Assembly (NCBI GenBank): GCA_032718475.1
Contig: JAUCBJ010009116.1
Coordinates: 1-64,000, forward strand
Direction of reading: 5' to 3'
Source of the DNA: Nemertoderma westbladi
Taxonomy: Eukaryota > Animalia > Xenacoelomorpha
DNA: 64,000 nucleotides
The translations under genes and the position numbers were made by a program. Shown here piece by piece: positions 60,823 to 64,000 of the stretch. Below the pieces are notes generated by a model that was given only the letters and a program-made list of their open reading frames with translations, searched no databases and was not told the origin of the DNA. Within the stretch, counting starts at the first letter, position 1; each line of letters begins with the position of its first letter.

Positions 60823-63800
60823 CTTTCCAGTTCTGTGCTCGCCCTTATTTCGTCCACTCTATTCGCGACGAATATCGGGTATCTCGTCCTTTCGTTATGT
60901 AGCCAACCAAGCACTACCATGGAGTCCGTCCAGTAGTGTGTCTCCACTATGTTGGGAATAGTATCCACTAGGTAGGCTGTGGCTCTTACTCCTAGTCTCG
61001 CAGCTGTCAATTCTAACTTGGGAACTGATGCTGAATCTGGTGGCGTTGACTTTGCTTTACTAAAGGCTAGTCTTGGCTTATGAGCCCCCTCTCGTTGTAC
61101 TAAGTAGAGTGCCGCTCCGTACGCTTCCAACGACGCGTCGGAGAACATGTGTAGGTCCAGATTCGTCATGTTCCCATCCGGGAAATACACCCTTGGCATG
61201 TTGTATGTTCCCATCTTCTCCAAGTTTCCTGTCCACTTGCTCCACTGTTTCTTGATTTCCTCTGGTACCTCTACGTCCCACTCATCTTTCAATTTGTATA
61301 CTCTCTTGAGTATCTGTTTCCCCGTGACTAATAATGGGGATGCTAGGCCTAGGGGATCGTATATCCTTGCTATATACGATACATAGCCCCTCTTCGTGTG
61401 GATGTCTGCGCCCTCCTGGCTCAGCTGATACTTCAGTTCGTCTGTCTTTCTATCCCACACGATTCCCAATGCCTTCTGCTGGGATTCCGTTCTCTTAATC
61501 GCCATGTCCTGCCCTTTGGCTGTTGTGGGATTATCCATGGTCGATTCTGGTTTCCTGTCCTCTATGGCTTTGATAAATTCTTCCGAACTGGATTGGAATT
61601 TGGTCAGGTTAAAGCCGGATCCTTTTAGGATGTCGCGAACCTCGCGCCCTGTATCCAGTATCTCCTTAACCGTATTTCCAGACTCCATTCCGTCGTCTAC
61701 GTAGAAGCCGCGTCGAATCATATCGACGGCCCTACTGCTGTATCTATCTTCCCTCCCCTTTACTGTGTCTCTCACTGCCATAGTCGTCGTAAATGAAGAC
61801 GACTTGGCCCCCATGTTCTGTACTACCATCTTATATGCCGGTATTATCGACGGTTCTTCCTCGCCGTTATACCATAAGAAGCGCTGACTGTCGCTATCTT
61901 CTTCCGTTACACGGACTTGGTTGAACATGCCTTCTATGTCACATGTGAAGGCGTGTTTCCCATTTCTAAATCTAAGTAACACCTCTATGCCCGAATTGTA
62001 AATGTTTGGGCCTTCTAACAGGTAGTCGTTTAAGCACTTTCCGTCGGTCTTTGCCGATGCGTCGACTACCATCCTTAGTTTACCTTTCTTTGGATCTAAA
62101 GCCACGTGCAGTGGCAGGTAATATGTTCTATCCGTGTTCGGCTCGTCGACCGGTAACTCCACGGCCCATCCTTTCTCGACGTACTTCTTAATTGTTCTGT
62201 GGATGTACTCATTCTTCTCGGGGCTCCGTTTTAGTGTTTGTTTCAGTTTGCGGAGTCTCGTGAGTACCATCCCCCTATTGTCGGGCAGCGGTATCTTCGG
62301 TAGTTTCCATACCATTCCTATAGTATACCGTCCCTCATCGCACGTCATTGATTCCTCCACGCTTTGTAGAGCCTGCTTGTCTTCTACCGAGGTCCCGACC
62401 CCGGTTTCTTTCAGTCCCTCGAAATCTTGTCTGAGCAGTCTTTTGAGCTGCTCCTCTGCTCCCTCGTCACCCATTTCCTGCATTGTTCCCGCGAACATGC
62501 ATCCTGATGTCTCCGACATCCTAAATGGTATCTTGCTCTTGATTGGACCACTCAGCGTCCACCCGAATGGTGTTAATATGGCCACCGGGTCACTCTGCTT
62601 GTCTTCGCCGAAGACCGTTTGCATTCTTTCGTGGGCCGTTGGGCAGTCCATACCTACTATGATGGATACCTTCCTAACGTCCACGTCTGGGATTGAGAAG
62701 TCAATGTTGTCCAGGAATTTATACTGCTCGACCTCGATGTTGGTTGGCCGCCTGGCATTGATATTAATTGACTCTATCACTTGAATGGGGTCGATGGTTG
62801 CCCCATAGTCGCATCCTGGTGCCACTGCTGCAATTGCGCACCGTCCTGTTCTCATCTCCAGGATCTCATCTTTGCTAGAGATGGTTGTTACCGCCATCCT
62901 GCTTGGCCTCGTTCTCAATCCTATCTCCTCGGCCACCCATTCCTCGACTAATGTGAAGGCAGCTCCACTATCAACCAGCATTAGTGTTGTTACTGATCGA
63001 TTGCCTTCCCCGATCACTCGTACTGGTACTACTCCAAGTAGCACCGTTCCTCTCTTCTTCGCCCCTACTGTGCTCGTCGCCATCGTTTGGCCTCTCCTTT
63101 GACCAAATTTCATTGGCTTCTCCTTGCACTCCCTTGCTCTATGTCCACTCATTACACATCGCGAGCAGATTTTATTGCTGAACGCATAATCTATCTGATC
63201 TTGCCTAGGTAGCGCCTGCCAGTACCTGCAGTTCATAGTTTGATGAAGCGCATTTGCGTGTAGCTGACATTTGCTCTTTGGGTCGTAGCCCTCTTTATAC
63301 AGTGCATTGCGTATCGCAGTTGCGTTCGTACCAAAGTCCCTACTATTCTTATTGTTTGGGTTTTGCCTATTGGACGTACTGGGGTTATGTTTATTCGTGT
63401 TATTATTGTTTCCCTGTCCGTTCCATGATGTTGTCTTATCCTCGGCTAGCTGTGGACTTGCAGTCCCCTGCGTCGCTGCATATGGCAATGATTGCCTGAG
63501 TCTCGGTAATGCGTTCGATGTGTTGTGCTCTGGTTTCGGTCTATGGTAGTCTGTCTTCGGTCCCTTTCCCAGGCTGTCTTCGCTATAGACTGGGTCAGTT
63601 ATTAGTTCAGCCTCGTAGTTTAAGAAGTTTGACATTTCTTCTAAACCCGGTTCCGCACCCTTCTTATCTCGAGTGGAGAAGGCGATTTTCCTCCACTTGT
63701 TGCGCAGCCAGTTTGGTAGTGCCTGCGCTATCGTGGTGATGTTGTTGGACGCATTGAGCTCGTACGGCGCGTCTAGCGTCTTCAGCACGATTAGCGCCTT

Positions 63801-64000
63801 TTCGACTTTGTTAGCGAACGTCTTAATGCTAACGGGATTATCCTGTAGGCCACCCGATGTTATGCCTCTCAGCGTCTGCCTGATGATCTTGGCCGGGTGC
63901 CCGTATTCCCTATCCAGTGCCCGCCATGCTGTCGTGAAGCCGCCCTCTATTCCTTGATATTGCCTCACGATGTCGTATGCTGGGCCTCCCGTGTACACTT
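60696..64000 (-). CDS. A2 gag-pol (Gag core, protease, RT, RNase H); frameshift near 60715
   Basis: 1100-aa ORF with LVDSGA, YYLPLH, RMVVDAS, LNDYLLEGP, CDIEGMF, FYVDD and the Pao-type RNase H (Peptidase_A17 region) motifs. Confidence 0.95.
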   Translation of the reverse strand, partial: VYTGGPAYDIVRQYQGIEGGFTTAWRALDREYGHPAKIIRQTLRGITSGGLQDNPVSIKTFANKVEKALIVLKTLDAPYELNASNNITTIAQALPNWLRNKWRKIAFSTRDKKGAEPGLEEMSNFLNYEAELITDPVYSEDSLGKGPKTDYHRPKPEHNTSNALPRLRQSLPYAATQGTASPQLAEDKTTSWNGQGNNNNTNKHNPSTSNRQNPNNKNSRDFGTNATAIRNALYKEGYDPKSKCQLHANALHQTMNCRYWQALPRQDQIDYAFSNKICSRCVMSGHRARECKEKPMKFGQRRGQTMATSTVGAKKRGTVLLGVVPVRVIGEGNRSVTTLMLVDSGAAFTLVEEWVAEEIGLRTRPSRMAVTTISSKDEILEMRTGRCAIAAVAPGCDYGATIDPIQVIESININARRPTNIEVEQYKFLDNIDFSIPDVDVRKVSIIVGMDCPTAHERMQTVFGEDKQSDPVAILTPFGWTLSGPIKSKIPFRMSETSGCMFAGTMQEMGDEGAEEQLKRLLRQDFEGLKETGVGTSVEDKQALQSVEESMTCDEGRYTIGMVWKLPKIPLPDNRGMVLTRLRKLKQTLKRSPEKNEYIHRTIKKYVEKGWAVELPVDEPNTDRTYYLPLHVALDPKKGKLRMVVDASAKTDGKCLNDYLLEGPNIYNSGIEVLLRFRNGKHAFTCDIEGMFNQVRVTEEDSDSQRFLWYNGEEEPSIIPAYKMVVQNMGAKSSSFTTTMAVRDTVKGREDRYSSRAVDMIRRGFYVDDGMESGNTVKEILDTGREVRDILKGSGFNLTKFQSSSEEFIKAIEDRKPESTMDNPTTAKGQDMAIKRTESQQKALGIVWDRKTDELKYQLSQEGADIHTKRGYVSYIARIYDPLGLASPLLVTGKQILKRVYKLKDEWDVEVPEEIKKQWSKWTGNLEKMGTYNMPRVYFPDGNMTNLDLHMFSDASLEAYGAALYLVQREGAHKPRLAFSKAKSTPPDSASVPKLELTAARLGVRATAYLVDTIPNIVETHYWTDSMVVLGWLHNERTRYPIFVANRVDEIRASTELERWHYCPTDENPADLLSRGVERHTFLKKEVLWQHGPQGRPGRR

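Larger units (their letters stand above)
57728..64000 (-). mobile_element. Bel/Pao family A copy A2 (3' part; continues beyond window end)
   Basis: Domain order is Gag core, PR, RT, RNase H (HMFSDAS...PKLEL...WTDS...NPADLLSRG), then IN. A PPT and 3' LTR follow. Confidence 0.96.

Noticed and set aside
61437-64000. Assembly duplication or circular overlap with 1-2564
   Set aside because: The copies differ by scattered substitutions, their LTRs differ by indels, and their flanking contexts differ. They are two insertions.

Overview
This is eukaryotic (invertebrate-metazoan-like) genomic DNA, not prokaryotic. The whole window lies inside one minus-strand host gene for a VWA7/hemicentin-type protein. 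Six GT-AG exons are phase-compatible: 52603-52374, 50826-50513, 49852-49708, 23710-23575, 23299-23060 and 7211-7060. The introns are packed with transposable elements. Two Bel/Pao LTR-retrotransposon families dominate. Family A has copies A1 (1-6837), A2 (57728-64000) and a degenerate A3 (~29680-36860). Family B has copies B1 (9912-22225), B2 (37983-49546, with a CTCCA target-site duplication) and a fragmented B3 (24264-29600). There are also RTE-like and CR1/L2-group LINEs, a tRNA-derived SINE head, DNA-transposon relics and exon-abutting minisatellites. Main observations: (1) none of the three visible 5'LTR/internal junctions has a tRNA primer-binding site; the first 9-11 nt after the LTR are instead the exact reverse complement of a site inside the LTR, with compensatory changes between B1 and B2, which suggests Tf1-like self-priming in Bel/Pao elements; (2) family B is a gag+protease-only non-autonomous lineage that still transposed; (3) each family carries its own uncharacterised accessory 3' ORF; (4) a 30-bp minisatellite is an amplified exon end plus 5' splice site. 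All identities and copy numbers are by-eye estimates.
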